Of a DNA stretch of 64,000 bases, positions 56,219 to 64,000 are shown in pieces. The DNA lies in the IMG/VR virus record IMGVR_UViG_3300032282_004772, one strand, 5' to 3'. This stretch comes from a virus. The translations under genes were made by a program, and so were the position numbers. How positions within the stretch are numbered: the stretch's first letter is position 1; each line of letters starts with the position of its first letter. The notes beneath the pieces are model-generated. The model was given only the letters and a program-made list of their open reading frames with translations. It did not search any database and was not told the origin of the DNA.

Positions 56219-57232
56219 TTATTCAAATTTAATATGTACATATTCCCCCAAAGGACCTGCGGCCTTTAAAATATAAGGAGCACTCGCCAATTCAGGAATT
56301 GCATTTTTTAGTTCATTATATGTATTAACCGCCTTGGCTTTACATAGTTGTAAATTACCTGTACCGTCATCGTTATTTCCTATTACCATATCATCATAAT
56401 CTAAAACTTCAGACCATTTAGATTTGTTTGAATCATTATCAACATATCCTGCCGGCATTTTAGAAGTGGAGGAGTTTACAGTAAACTTATTTATTTTACC
56501 CCCATCTGAGATAAACTTTTTTATTGTATCGATAAAAGATGCCTGATGTACATTGTGTGGAATAGCACTATTTTCAGCAAAAAAATCACCAATATTATAA
56601 GTCTTTGGTAATTTTAACATGTTTTGTGAGATTCCAAAATCTTTCAATGATATTGGTTGTCCGTGCATTGCAACTTCTAACCTTATACCATATTCTTTTC
56701 CCATCTTAAATGCCGACTGTTGGAAATATATTTTATTTCCCGGCTTTGCATCAATAACATTTATTTTACCTTCAACTCCGTCAGGGAATTCTGTTCCAAC
56801 AACAAATCCACCAAGAGTTGGTGCCATATATTTTTGTGAATAAAATATTATTGGCATCATACTACCAAAATTAACTATGGCTTCATTTTTTCCATATATG
56901 TGTTTACCATAATTTATGGCGTTTTTCATTTTTGGGTCAAAATTAAGTCCTGAAAGTTCTGTTCCTTTAATATTTTCATCATCAACTTCTTGAGTTTTTT
57001 GTGTCCATTCTGCAGATATCTCTTTTGTTGATGGAAATTCTACTGACATATTTGGGCTAAGTTCTCCTGTTGATTTGTCGGCCAAACACATTCTACCATT
57101 ATCAACATAAAAATAAAATCCACCAAGAGCAAAATATTCACCAGTGTGAGTCACCGGTTCTTCACTTTCAACGACAACTCGTTTTATAATTCTTCTTAAA
57201 TCAGACTCGTTTAATTTTATAATTTTTTTCAT
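56219..57232 (-). CDS. probable virion protein with leader and OmpA-C-like C-terminus
   Basis: IIKLNESDLRRIIKRVVVE; FFAENS...GNLQLCKAKA. Confidence 0.6.
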   Translation of the reverse strand: MKKIIKLNESDLRRIIKRVVVESEEPVTHTGEYFALGGFYFYVDNGRMCLADKSTGELSPNMSVEFPSTKEISAEWTQKTQEVDDENIKGTELSGLNFDPKMKNAINYGKHIYGKNEAIVNFGSMMPIIFYSQKYMAPTLGGFVVGTEFPDGVEGKINVIDAKPGNKIYFQQSAFKMGKEYGIRLEVAMHGQPISLKDFGISQNMLKLPKTYNIGDFFAENSAIPHNVHQASFIDTIKKFISDGGKINKFTVNSSTSKMPAGYVDNDSNKSKWSEVLDYDDMVIGNNDDGTGNLQLCKAKAVNTYNELKNAIPELASAPYILKAAGPLGEYVHIKFE

Positions 57233-57274
57233 ATTTAATATCTTAACTATAAATACACAGGTGATTATAAATGT

Positions 57275-58036
57275 TTAAAATAATTCGTCTTTTAGTTCTT
57301 TATTATTAAAAACATATCTTTTAACTAAAATACCGGCCATGGCATTTGCGTGATTTTCTGACCATCCTCCAACTTCTTTAGTTCTTGAGTTATCAGTAAT
57401 TTTCATATATTCGTGTTGATACTCATGGACCCACTCATGAGCGATTGTTCTTAAAACATCAATTAACATTCTATTTTTACATAATACTTTTATATGATGA
57501 TGAGCTTCTCTTACTCCGGTTGTCATATCAAAATCTTTTTTATCTTGTAAATCAATTAAAACGTTTCCATTTAAAGTTAATTTTTTATTTATGAATTTTA
57601 TAAAATCTTTAATAATTTCAAATTTTTTATTATCAAGTTTAGTCTTTTTATTAATTTTTAATTTCAATTTTTTTATATGTGATTCATTGACTGAGTCTTT
57701 TTTTATTGACTTTATATTGTATGAGAAAAAATATGAAGTATCAGATAATAAAATATTTTTGGTAAAAGACGCAAAACTGTATATCATATTTACCATATTT
57801 TTCATATTTTTGTCTACTGTTTCGTCATAAGGTCTATAATCCATATTATAACCAATATCAAATGTTACTATGACCATACCAAAATTAGGGTTAGATAAAC
57901 CATATGACTTAAATTCGACATTGGTGTCTAGTAATACCAGTAATTCCAAATTACAATTTTTCTTAATTAATTTTAGATAATTTTTAAAAGAGTTTGTAAT
58001 TGTTTGAATCTCTTCTTTGTTAATATTTTGTTCCAT
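57275..58036 (-). CDS. protein with C-terminal zincin (HExxH) domain
   Basis: LRTIAHEWVHEYQ...ENHANA.AG. Confidence 0.75.
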   Translation of the reverse strand: MEQNINKEEIQTITNSFKNYLKLIKKNCNLELLVLLDTNVEFKSYGLSNPNFGMVIVTFDIGYNMDYRPYDETVDKNMKNMVNMIYSFASFTKNILLSDTSYFFSYNIKSIKKDSVNESHIKKLKLKINKKTKLDNKKFEIIKDFIKFINKKLTLNGNVLIDLQDKKDFDMTTGVREAHHHIKVLCKNRMLIDVLRTIAHEWVHEYQHEYMKITDNSRTKEVGGWSENHANAMAGILVKRYVFNNKELKDELF

Positions 58037-58064
58037 TATTAATAAATATAATATTTATTAATAT

Positions 58065-58649
58065 ATGGAAGAAAAAAAATATACTGAAGTAATAAATTTC
58101 ATAAAAAAACAAAATAGTGTTTTTGAAGCTGCAAAATATTTTGGAGGAATGGATGAACTAAAAAATTTAGCAAAATCAAATTCAGAATTAAAAAAACATA
58201 TAGAGAACTCATTACGTGGGTATTTGACCCTAAAATACCAAAACATAACATATTCTTTTGATTTTGAAATTAATGCGGTTGATTTTGATAATGTAGAAGA
58301 TGACGTAACATTTTTAAGCCCTACTCTTAATCTATTAATAAAGTCTAATTATTTAAGTGATTCAGGATATGAAGTGATTGCTAAATGGGTTAGTAGTTTT
58401 TGTGAGGATGCGTCCGTTGATTACCATTTTAATGACATATTTTTATCAAAGTATAATCAGGTTTTAGGTTATGTTGATTCGGTTAATGGAAAAAAATTAG
58501 ATTGGGGTAAAAGTCCGTTATATAAAGACATAGTAACAATAGAATATGATTCTATTGTGGTTGGATTGATAAAATCTTTAATTAAAGAACAAAGTGATAA
58601 TATAAAAATTTCATTATTAGAATTAAAAAATTTACTTCGTGAAATTTAG
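58065..58649 (+). CDS. hypothetical protein
   Basis: 194-aa ORF, late-type motif upstream. Confidence 0.65.
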   Translation: MEEKKYTEVINFIKKQNSVFEAAKYFGGMDELKNLAKSNSELKKHIENSLRGYLTLKYQNITYSFDFEINAVDFDNVEDDVTFLSPTLNLLIKSNYLSDSGYEVIAKWVSSFCEDASVDYHFNDIFLSKYNQVLGYVDSVNGKKLDWGKSPLYKDIVTIEYDSIVVGLIKSLIKEQSDNIKISLLELKNLLREI

Positions 58650-58883
58650 TACTTTTCTTTTTAGATTTACCAAACCTCTTTTAGATGCTGGAGACAATAA
58701 AAAATATAACCCAAAGAAAAATCCCGAAAGGCAATAAAAAATTAAATCCGTAATCCAATAAGACCCTGTCCAATTCATAATCAAACGGAATAGAGCGTCG
58801 AACCCTAAAGGATTGAAAAATGTCGCCAGAATTAGAGACGCGACCGCTAATTTTCTTTTTATTTTTCTTTCTTTTACTATCAC
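58632..58883 (-). CDS. membrane protein
   Basis: ATFFNPLGFDALF...WITD.IFY; two TM helices. Confidence 0.6.
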   Translation of the reverse strand: MIVKERKIKRKLAVASLILATFFNPLGFDALFRLIMNWTGSYWITDLIFYCLSGFFFGLYFLLSPASKRGLVNLKRKVLNFTK

Positions 58884-58967
58884 TTTCCATGTTTGTTTAT
58901 TTAGAAATTTATCTGTACAACAGTTTGTTTTACTATGAAAACTTATTTTACTATAATTATTTAAATT

Positions 58968-59171
58968 ATGAAAAAAACAAAAAAAATAGAAAGTTATTCG
59001 GTGAATAACGATTTTGTTATCACAAATTTCACAACAAATAATGATTATGCTTGTTTTGAATTTTTAGGATTAGTTAATCTAAGTGAAGTTTTGGTTAATT
59101 GTGTAATATGTAATTACAAAAAGGAAAACAAAAATCATAATTACTGCCCGAACTGCGGAAAAGCGTATTAG
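58968..59171 (+). CDS. small zinc-ribbon protein
   Basis: CVIC...YCPNCG. Confidence 0.55.
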   Translation: MKKTKKIESYSVNNDFVITNFTTNNDYACFEFLGLVNLSEVLVNCVICNYKKENKNHNYCPNCGKAY

Positions 59172-59219
59172 TTTTGTTTAAGGACAACTATTTATAGAAA
59201 ACCTTAAAATTTTTGTAAA

Positions 59220-59777
59220 ATGAAACATTTTATCATCTTAGTATCAATATTTACGCTTTTTAGTGTAAATGTTAAGTCACAAAATACTTTAGAAAGTATT
59301 GGATTACCTGGGTCAGGATTATTCAGAGGATTATTTTTAAATTCAGAAAGATATAATCTAATAAGAACTGACGAATTTGGTGATATTAAATCAATCTCGG
59401 ATATTTCTAATTCTAAACTTGATTCTTCTGATTTAAATGAATCTTCTTTTATAATCTATGGATATACCACAATAAAAAACGGTAAAATAACATCAAAATC
59501 ATCCGACTATGATTATTGGTTGGTGTTAAAAGAAGAATCCATAAATAGTTATATTTTTCCAAACCCGACTTCAAGTAAACTATACGTCTTTTTAAATGGA
59601 CAATTAGAAAACTCCGAAATATCCATATATGATATTAGAGGAAGATTGGTTGTAGATTATTCTTTAAACGATAATTTAACTGAATTATCTGTAAATGGAT
59701 TGCAACCGGGTTATTATATCTGTAAAATTTACAATAATAAAACTTTAATAAAAACAGAAAAATTATGCATTATTTAA
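59220..59777 (+). CDS. secreted protein with T9SS type-A C-terminal sorting domain
   Basis: Signal peptide ending VKS-Q; IFPNPTS...ISIYDIRGRLV...L.PGYYICKI......TEKL. Confidence 0.88.
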   Translation: MKHFIILVSIFTLFSVNVKSQNTLESIGLPGSGLFRGLFLNSERYNLIRTDEFGDIKSISDISNSKLDSSDLNESSFIIYGYTTIKNGKITSKSSDYDYWLVLKEESINSYIFPNPTSSKLYVFLNGQLENSEISIYDIRGRLVVDYSLNDNLTELSVNGLQPGYYICKIYNNKTLIKTEKLCII

Positions 59778-61165
59778 AAAAATTAATTTTATCATGTTTA
59801 CTAACATTAGTTAGTTTGTCAGTTTTTAGTCAAAACACAATAACATGGTATAGGGTTACATCAGATTCATCGAATCTAAATTATAATCCATTTGTGGGTA
59901 ACACAATAAAAACTAGTTACTATAACATAAACCCAAAAACAGGAGAACAAAAAAGATATATCGGCAATTCTATTTGGGTGGTAGATTCTTTGTTCGCACA
60001 AAAATCAACTCCTGTAACATCAAACTCAATATCTCTTGATTATAGTCCTGAACAATTTGGGGCGGTAAATTCAAATATCACATTTGCTCAAAAAGGGATT
60101 GACCAAACAACAGTAGATTTGACCTATCCAGGTATTGGTGCGAATACTTCTGATAACATAGATTGGGCAGCTTGGCAAATGGCCGTTAAAATGGCAACAA
60201 CTAATGGAGGTAGTGTCAAAGCTAAAGGTGGAATATATTATATAGGCTCTAAACCAATTTATATCGAAAAGTACGCAAAGAATTTTCAAATAGATGGAAA
60301 TTACTGTAAGGTAATCTCAACAAGTCCGTCTTCAATTTTTACAAGAATATCACCATCAAGTAACAGTGATGCTCAAACGATGGTTGAATTAAAACTAACA
60401 TTCAAAAATATTACATTGAGAGGGAACTCTTCTCAAATCGGTATTGATTTTGGGCCTTCTTATGGTGCGGTATATGAAAATATTATAGGAGAAAATTTAA
60501 TGGAGTGTATTCATTTAAGATTTGCTTTAAGAACCATAATTAGTAATTGTTTTTCAACTAACTCCAATATAGGTTGGGTTGCAGATAAAGGTAATTGGTC
60601 AGGAGCGTCTAATAGTAACTCACAATCAAATCACACTACTTTCACAAGTTGTAGATATTTTGGTGCCGGTGATTGTGCTTTTAAAATAATTGCATCATCA
60701 GGATGTGTTGTTGAAAACTGTATCATTGAAGGCCAGTCTGTTAGAGCGGGTATAGATTTTGATGGGAATGGGTCAACTGTGGTTAAAGATTTTTCAGTTA
60801 GAAATATTCACTTTGAATGTACTGGCGGAGCATCGGAATCAATTATAAAAATAAGAATGCACAGTGGTATTGCAACAGTGGATAAAGTTTATGCAATTTA
60901 CTCATCTATTTTAGTTGACGCTGGAGCAACCACAGGGTATCTAACTATGAGAGTTTCAAACGTTTCATATTGTGTTTTGAAAAATGGTAAAGCTTTCAAT
61001 AATGCAGGTAACGTTGGGTGGATATTAGAATACAATGAAAACCCTTTAACTACTAATTCAGCATCTACTACAGTCCCTACATGGTTTAACGGAACTGCGG
61101 TATCTTTATGTAATGGGAGTGGTTGTGGTTCAAATAGATTTTATTATATTGGTATTCCAAGATAA
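59765..61165 (+). CDS. secreted right-handed beta-helix protein (pectin-lyase-like fold)
   Basis: Signal peptide; PEQFGA...DWAAWQMAV, KNITLRG, ISNC, VENCII repeats. Confidence 0.75.
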   Translation: MHYLKKLILSCLLTLVSLSVFSQNTITWYRVTSDSSNLNYNPFVGNTIKTSYYNINPKTGEQKRYIGNSIWVVDSLFAQKSTPVTSNSISLDYSPEQFGAVNSNITFAQKGIDQTTVDLTYPGIGANTSDNIDWAAWQMAVKMATTNGGSVKAKGGIYYIGSKPIYIEKYAKNFQIDGNYCKVISTSPSSIFTRISPSSNSDAQTMVELKLTFKNITLRGNSSQIGIDFGPSYGAVYENIIGENLMECIHLRFALRTIISNCFSTNSNIGWVADKGNWSGASNSNSQSNHTTFTSCRYFGAGDCAFKIIASSGCVVENCIIEGQSVRAGIDFDGNGSTVVKDFSVRNIHFECTGGASESIIKIRMHSGIATVDKVYAIYSSILVDAGATTGYLTMRVSNVSYCVLKNGKAFNNAGNVGWILEYNENPLTTNSASTTVPTWFNGTAVSLCNGSGCGSNRFYYIGIPR

Positions 61166-61188
61166 AAAAAATACTCTAATTTTTAACA

Positions 61189-61215
61189 AAAAACCCCTAT
61201 TTTAGGGGTTTTTTT
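61189..61215. terminator. bidirectional terminator
   Basis: AAAAACCCCTA-ttt-TAGGGGTTTTT between convergent genes. Confidence 0.85.
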
Positions 61216-61433
61216 TATCTATTATTCAAAGTCTTGAATAAATTTCCAATAAGTTTCATAGAATCTTCCATTTGTTTTGAGTCATTAATTACAGGGTATT
61301 TACCCATAAATGGATTATTTTGAGATAATTTTATTATATTTTTACCATATTTTTTCCAAAAAAGTATAATACATACTAAAAAAGATAATAAAATTAAACA
61401 AAGAACCGTTAGAATAAAATTTAAATAAATCAT
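61215..61433 (-). CDS. small membrane-anchored protein
   Basis: N-terminal TM. Confidence 0.65.
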   Translation of the reverse strand: MIYLNFILTVLCLILLSFLVCIILFWKKYGKNIIKLSQNNPFMGKYPVINDSKQMEDSMKLIGNLFKTLNNR

Positions 61434-61503
61434 TTTTTTTATTTTAAAATTAAAATAAAAAATTTAAATAATCAATATTATACTATTAATTTCCTGACGA
61501 ACC

Positions 61504-62301
61504 TCACTGTCCTGCAACTCCACTTTGTCCCGCAATTCCACTTTGTCCATAATAAGTGCTCGAATTAATTATATTAGGGAACGCACTTTTTACTTGGGCT
61601 TGTCGTTCAGGATTTCTATTTGCATATATAAATCCTTGTCCGTATTTTTCCCAAGCGTCTTTAACATCTTGTGTGAATTTATTAGTTGCATCTGAAAAAG
61701 TTATGTTTCCACCCAATCCTATGACATAGTCTTTAAATTTTTTTATAATTTCAGGGGTGGATAATTCTGCAGGTGATTGACCTGTTAACTCTGAGCCAGG
61801 TAAATTAGGAACCACTGGTGGCAATGTATTTATGATACTTAATAATTGCGTAACTTCTGACGCTTTTTTCCATGCACCTTGTGTTGCTGCCGGACTAAAT
61901 ACGAGTACGTTTCTATCTGATTCAATATAAGGTTTTAAATCATCTATCTTATCTACTTTTTTATACCCACTAGTTTCGTTCTTATCAACGACATACCATA
62001 AATCAGATGTTCCCGACTGTAAAGTCTTTAAATAAGTGTCTTTGTTTGCATTCCAAGCTGCAGTAGTTTTAGGTCCAAAATTACCATACCCTTTTCCTGT
62101 TTTATTTAATTTTTTACCGCCACCTAACCAATCTGTATTAGCATCTAGCCAATCTTGAAATTTTTTAACACCTTCTCTATCTTTAAGTTCTGTAGGTATT
62201 GTTGCTTCAGATAATAATGATTTATCTTTTTCATAAAGATTTCTAATGTGATTCACATCTTCTTCTGTTATAACTAATGCTAAACTATTTTTCATATTCA
62301 T
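61504..62301 (-). CDS. probable virion protein: leader, PG-binding-like repeats, GYF_2-like domain
   Basis: VITEEDVNHIRNLY; VKKFQDWL...G.FGPKT..AW; WY...LVF....W.KASEV..L...PP. Confidence 0.6.
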   Translation of the reverse strand: MNMKNSLALVITEEDVNHIRNLYEKDKSLLSEATIPTELKDREGVKKFQDWLDANTDWLGGGKKLNKTGKGYGNFGPKTTAAWNANKDTYLKTLQSGTSDLWYVVDKNETSGYKKVDKIDDLKPYIESDRNVLVFSPAATQGAWKKASEVTQLLSIINTLPPVVPNLPGSELTGQSPAELSTPEIIKKFKDYVIGLGGNITFSDATNKFTQDVKDAWEKYGQGFIYANRNPERQAQVKSAFPNIINSSTYYGQSGIAGQSGVAGQ

Positions 62302-62330
62302 TTTTATTTATATAAATATTATTGTTTTGA

Positions 62331-62651
62331 TTAATATTCTACTCGACATATGTCTAAGTATTTTTTTATAGTCCTTCTAATAACTTCTTTATCAACATCT
62401 TTAAATTCATCCTCCATACAATTAAAAATGGCTCCAACCAAATATTTTTTACTATCATCTAAATTTTTAGATTTTCCGCAAATAAATATATGTCTAAATT
62501 TAAGTTGAGGTAAATTCCCAAAATCCATGTCAGTGACATATGTACTAACAGGAAAATGTCTTTTAAGATAATTTAATACCCTGTTATCCGTATTTCCTGA
62601 ATACTTGTTAAATAACTCTTCCTTTTGTTGTTCAGTTATTATTATTTTCAT
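62331..62651 (-). CDS. hypothetical protein with MKIIITEQQ leader
   Basis: 106-aa ORF, TATTTATA upstream. Confidence 0.7.
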   Translation of the reverse strand: MKIIITEQQKEELFNKYSGNTDNRVLNYLKRHFPVSTYVTDMDFGNLPQLKFRHIFICGKSKNLDDSKKYLVGAIFNCMEDEFKDVDKEVIRRTIKKYLDICRVEY

Positions 62652-62696
62652 AACTATAAATACCTTTTAATTAAAAAATAACTATAATTATTATAA

Positions 62697-62966
62697 ATGA
62701 AAAGAATGTTAGAACATTTAATTAATGTTGTTCAAAAAGATGACGTTGAGCTAATGTTTGGAATTGGTAGTAAAGTAATTATAGAAGGGATATCTTACTC
62801 TACTAATTCTAAAACATATGTAATCCACACCAAGGTTATGGCCACAAATATAGATGATTCTTTAGATATTTTTCCAACAGGTCTCAATATGTTGATTACT
62901 GAAGGATGGAAATACACAGGAATCGATAGTGAAATTACTATGATTAATTCAATTGATGTTCTTTAA
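62697..62966 (+). CDS. hypothetical protein
   Basis: 89-aa ORF. Confidence 0.65.
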   Translation: MKRMLEHLINVVQKDDVELMFGIGSKVIIEGISYSTNSKTYVIHTKVMATNIDDSLDIFPTGLNMLITEGWKYTGIDSEITMINSIDVL

Positions 62967-64000
62967 AATACTTTACTATAAAAAGGACTTCCTCCTTCAG
63001 ACTGGAAATGTTTTTCAAATCCTTCCGGTAATTTTGGATTAGAGTTTTTAAGATTAATGAACATTAATGCCGGCAACTCTAAAATAGAACTTGGTAATTC
63101 AATAAGATTAGAATTGTCAGGTAAAGATAAGAATGTTAAGTTTTTTAACTGTCCCATCTCATCAGGTAAAGTTCTAACACAATTCATTAATAATAACGCC
63201 TCTAAATTTTTAAATTTACTAATATCTGAAGGAATATCTAAATTAAGACTATCGTTTGATTTATTGCTAAAAACAAAACTTTTTAAGTTGTTAGGTAATG
63301 AACTAAAGAAACTATTAAACCCATACAATGCAATTATTTTCGCCTCACTACTATTTGGAAATTCAATTTCAAGTTTTTCTCCTCCCGAGCTTGTAACCTG
63401 AGACATGAAAGTTGGACGTAACTCTTCTCTTAATTGTTTTAACATCGGAGTTCTTAATAATGCAATATCAGCTTGTGATAGATTTCTAACATTAGTTGTC
63501 TTTAAAGAATCAATTTTCTTAGATATATAATATTTTAAAACTTCAGGTTCTGAATTTTGTACCATACCACTACTCAAATCTAAACCTAAAGCAATATATT
63601 TCTTTTTTAGATTTGGTGTTAGGTTAGAATATTGAGTATCATTTAATCTTGGACTAGTTACTTCTAACCATAATTCAGTCATATCAACATCATCATTAAA
63701 TGATTTGATTGGGTCGTCTCCGACTCTAACACTTTTTACTCTTCTAATTAAATCTTTTTCTTCTGAGGTTAAAGGTTTTGGAACAAAAATATGTTCTAGT
63801 CCTTTTAATTTTGGAACTTTACTAACAATGTCATTCCAAGGGATATTAGAGTGTCCGCTATATTTTCCTGAGTTAGAACCATCTGCTAAAGACATTCCAC
63901 CTCTAGGGTCAACTAAAACAACCACCGCAAAATTTAAATCATCAAATGGTTTATCTTCATCAATCACATAATACAGAGTTCTTTCATTATCTAATCTGTA
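62963..64000 (-). CDS. 3' part of a leucine-rich-repeat protein (start outside window)
   Basis: IPSDISKFKNLEALLL, LPDEMGQLKNLTFLSL, LPSSILELPALMFINL; frame is open to the window edge. Confidence 0.8.
   Translation of the reverse strand, partial: YRLDNERTLYYVIDEDKPFDDLNFAVVVLVDPRGGMSLADGSNSGKYSGHSNIPWNDIVSKVPKLKGLEHIFVPKPLTSEEKDLIRRVKSVRVGDDPIKSFNDDVDMTELWLEVTSPRLNDTQYSNLTPNLKKKYIALGLDLSSGMVQNSEPEVLKYYISKKIDSLKTTNVRNLSQADIALLRTPMLKQLREELRPTFMSQVTSSGGEKLEIEFPNSSEAKIIALYGFNSFFSSLPNNLKSFVFSNKSNDSLNLDIPSDISKFKNLEALLLMNCVRTLPDEMGQLKNLTFLSLPDNSNLIELPSSILELPALMFINLKNSNPKLPEGFEKHFQSEGGSPFYSKVF

Noticed and set aside
58681-58890. Alternative-frame 69-aa ORF
   Set aside because: Overlaps 58632-58883 on the same strand; that frame has the more protein-like TM pattern, though the true frame is not certain
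59765-59777. Programmed frameshift fusing the T9SS-CTD protein to the beta-helix protein
   Set aside because: The second gene has its own signal peptide, and a fusion would bury the CTD, which must be C-terminal
644-63971. Many antisense or nested ORFs in the track (e.g. 4061, 14910, 17783, 19031, 33610, 37219, 42674, 63057)
   Set aside because: Shadows of well-supported genes, with no promoter motif or recognisable domain
1-64000. Stop-codon reassignment as in some large Bacteroidetes phages
   Set aside because: Conserved genes are intact in code 11, TAG and TGA end genes at sensible boundaries, and no suppressor tRNA was seen

Overview
AT-rich segment of a T4-like jumbo phage genome whose host is almost certainly a Bacteroidetes. 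Evidence for the host: TAnnTTTG/TTTG host-type promoters, a Bacteroidetes-type bS21, a T9SS sorting domain, a DUF4494-like protein and lipoproteins with D-T-x motifs. The left part is the head module (major capsid, scaffold, prohead protease, portal, large terminase) with ribosomal protein bS21 on the opposite strand. It is followed by an N-domain-less ClpC with a divergent double-UVR protein, a tmRNA with an atypical 22-aa tag and nine tRNA genes. Two of the tRNAs (Arg-UCU, Leu-UAA) carry group I introns, one with an HNH gene in its P1 loop, and another is a rare tRNA-Ile(UAU). Other genes include an endolysin, a holin-like GAF protein, PPK2, GMP reductase and many hypothetical proteins. Main leads beyond the ORF track: (1) a Leu-rich 34-aa leader peptide with a 1:2/2:3/3:4 attenuator layout upstream of an HNH gene and the two tRNA-Leu genes, whose switch segment is exactly complementary over 20 nt to a small RNA unit 13 kb away; (2) three further structured ncRNA candidates; (3) a recurrent TATTTATA promoter-like motif (reverse complement of the T4 late promoter) linked to about 15-20 proteins sharing cleavable-looking [ILF]-x-E N-terminal leaders, which suggests a capsid cargo system. 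No searches or folding programs were run; product calls come from motif recognition.
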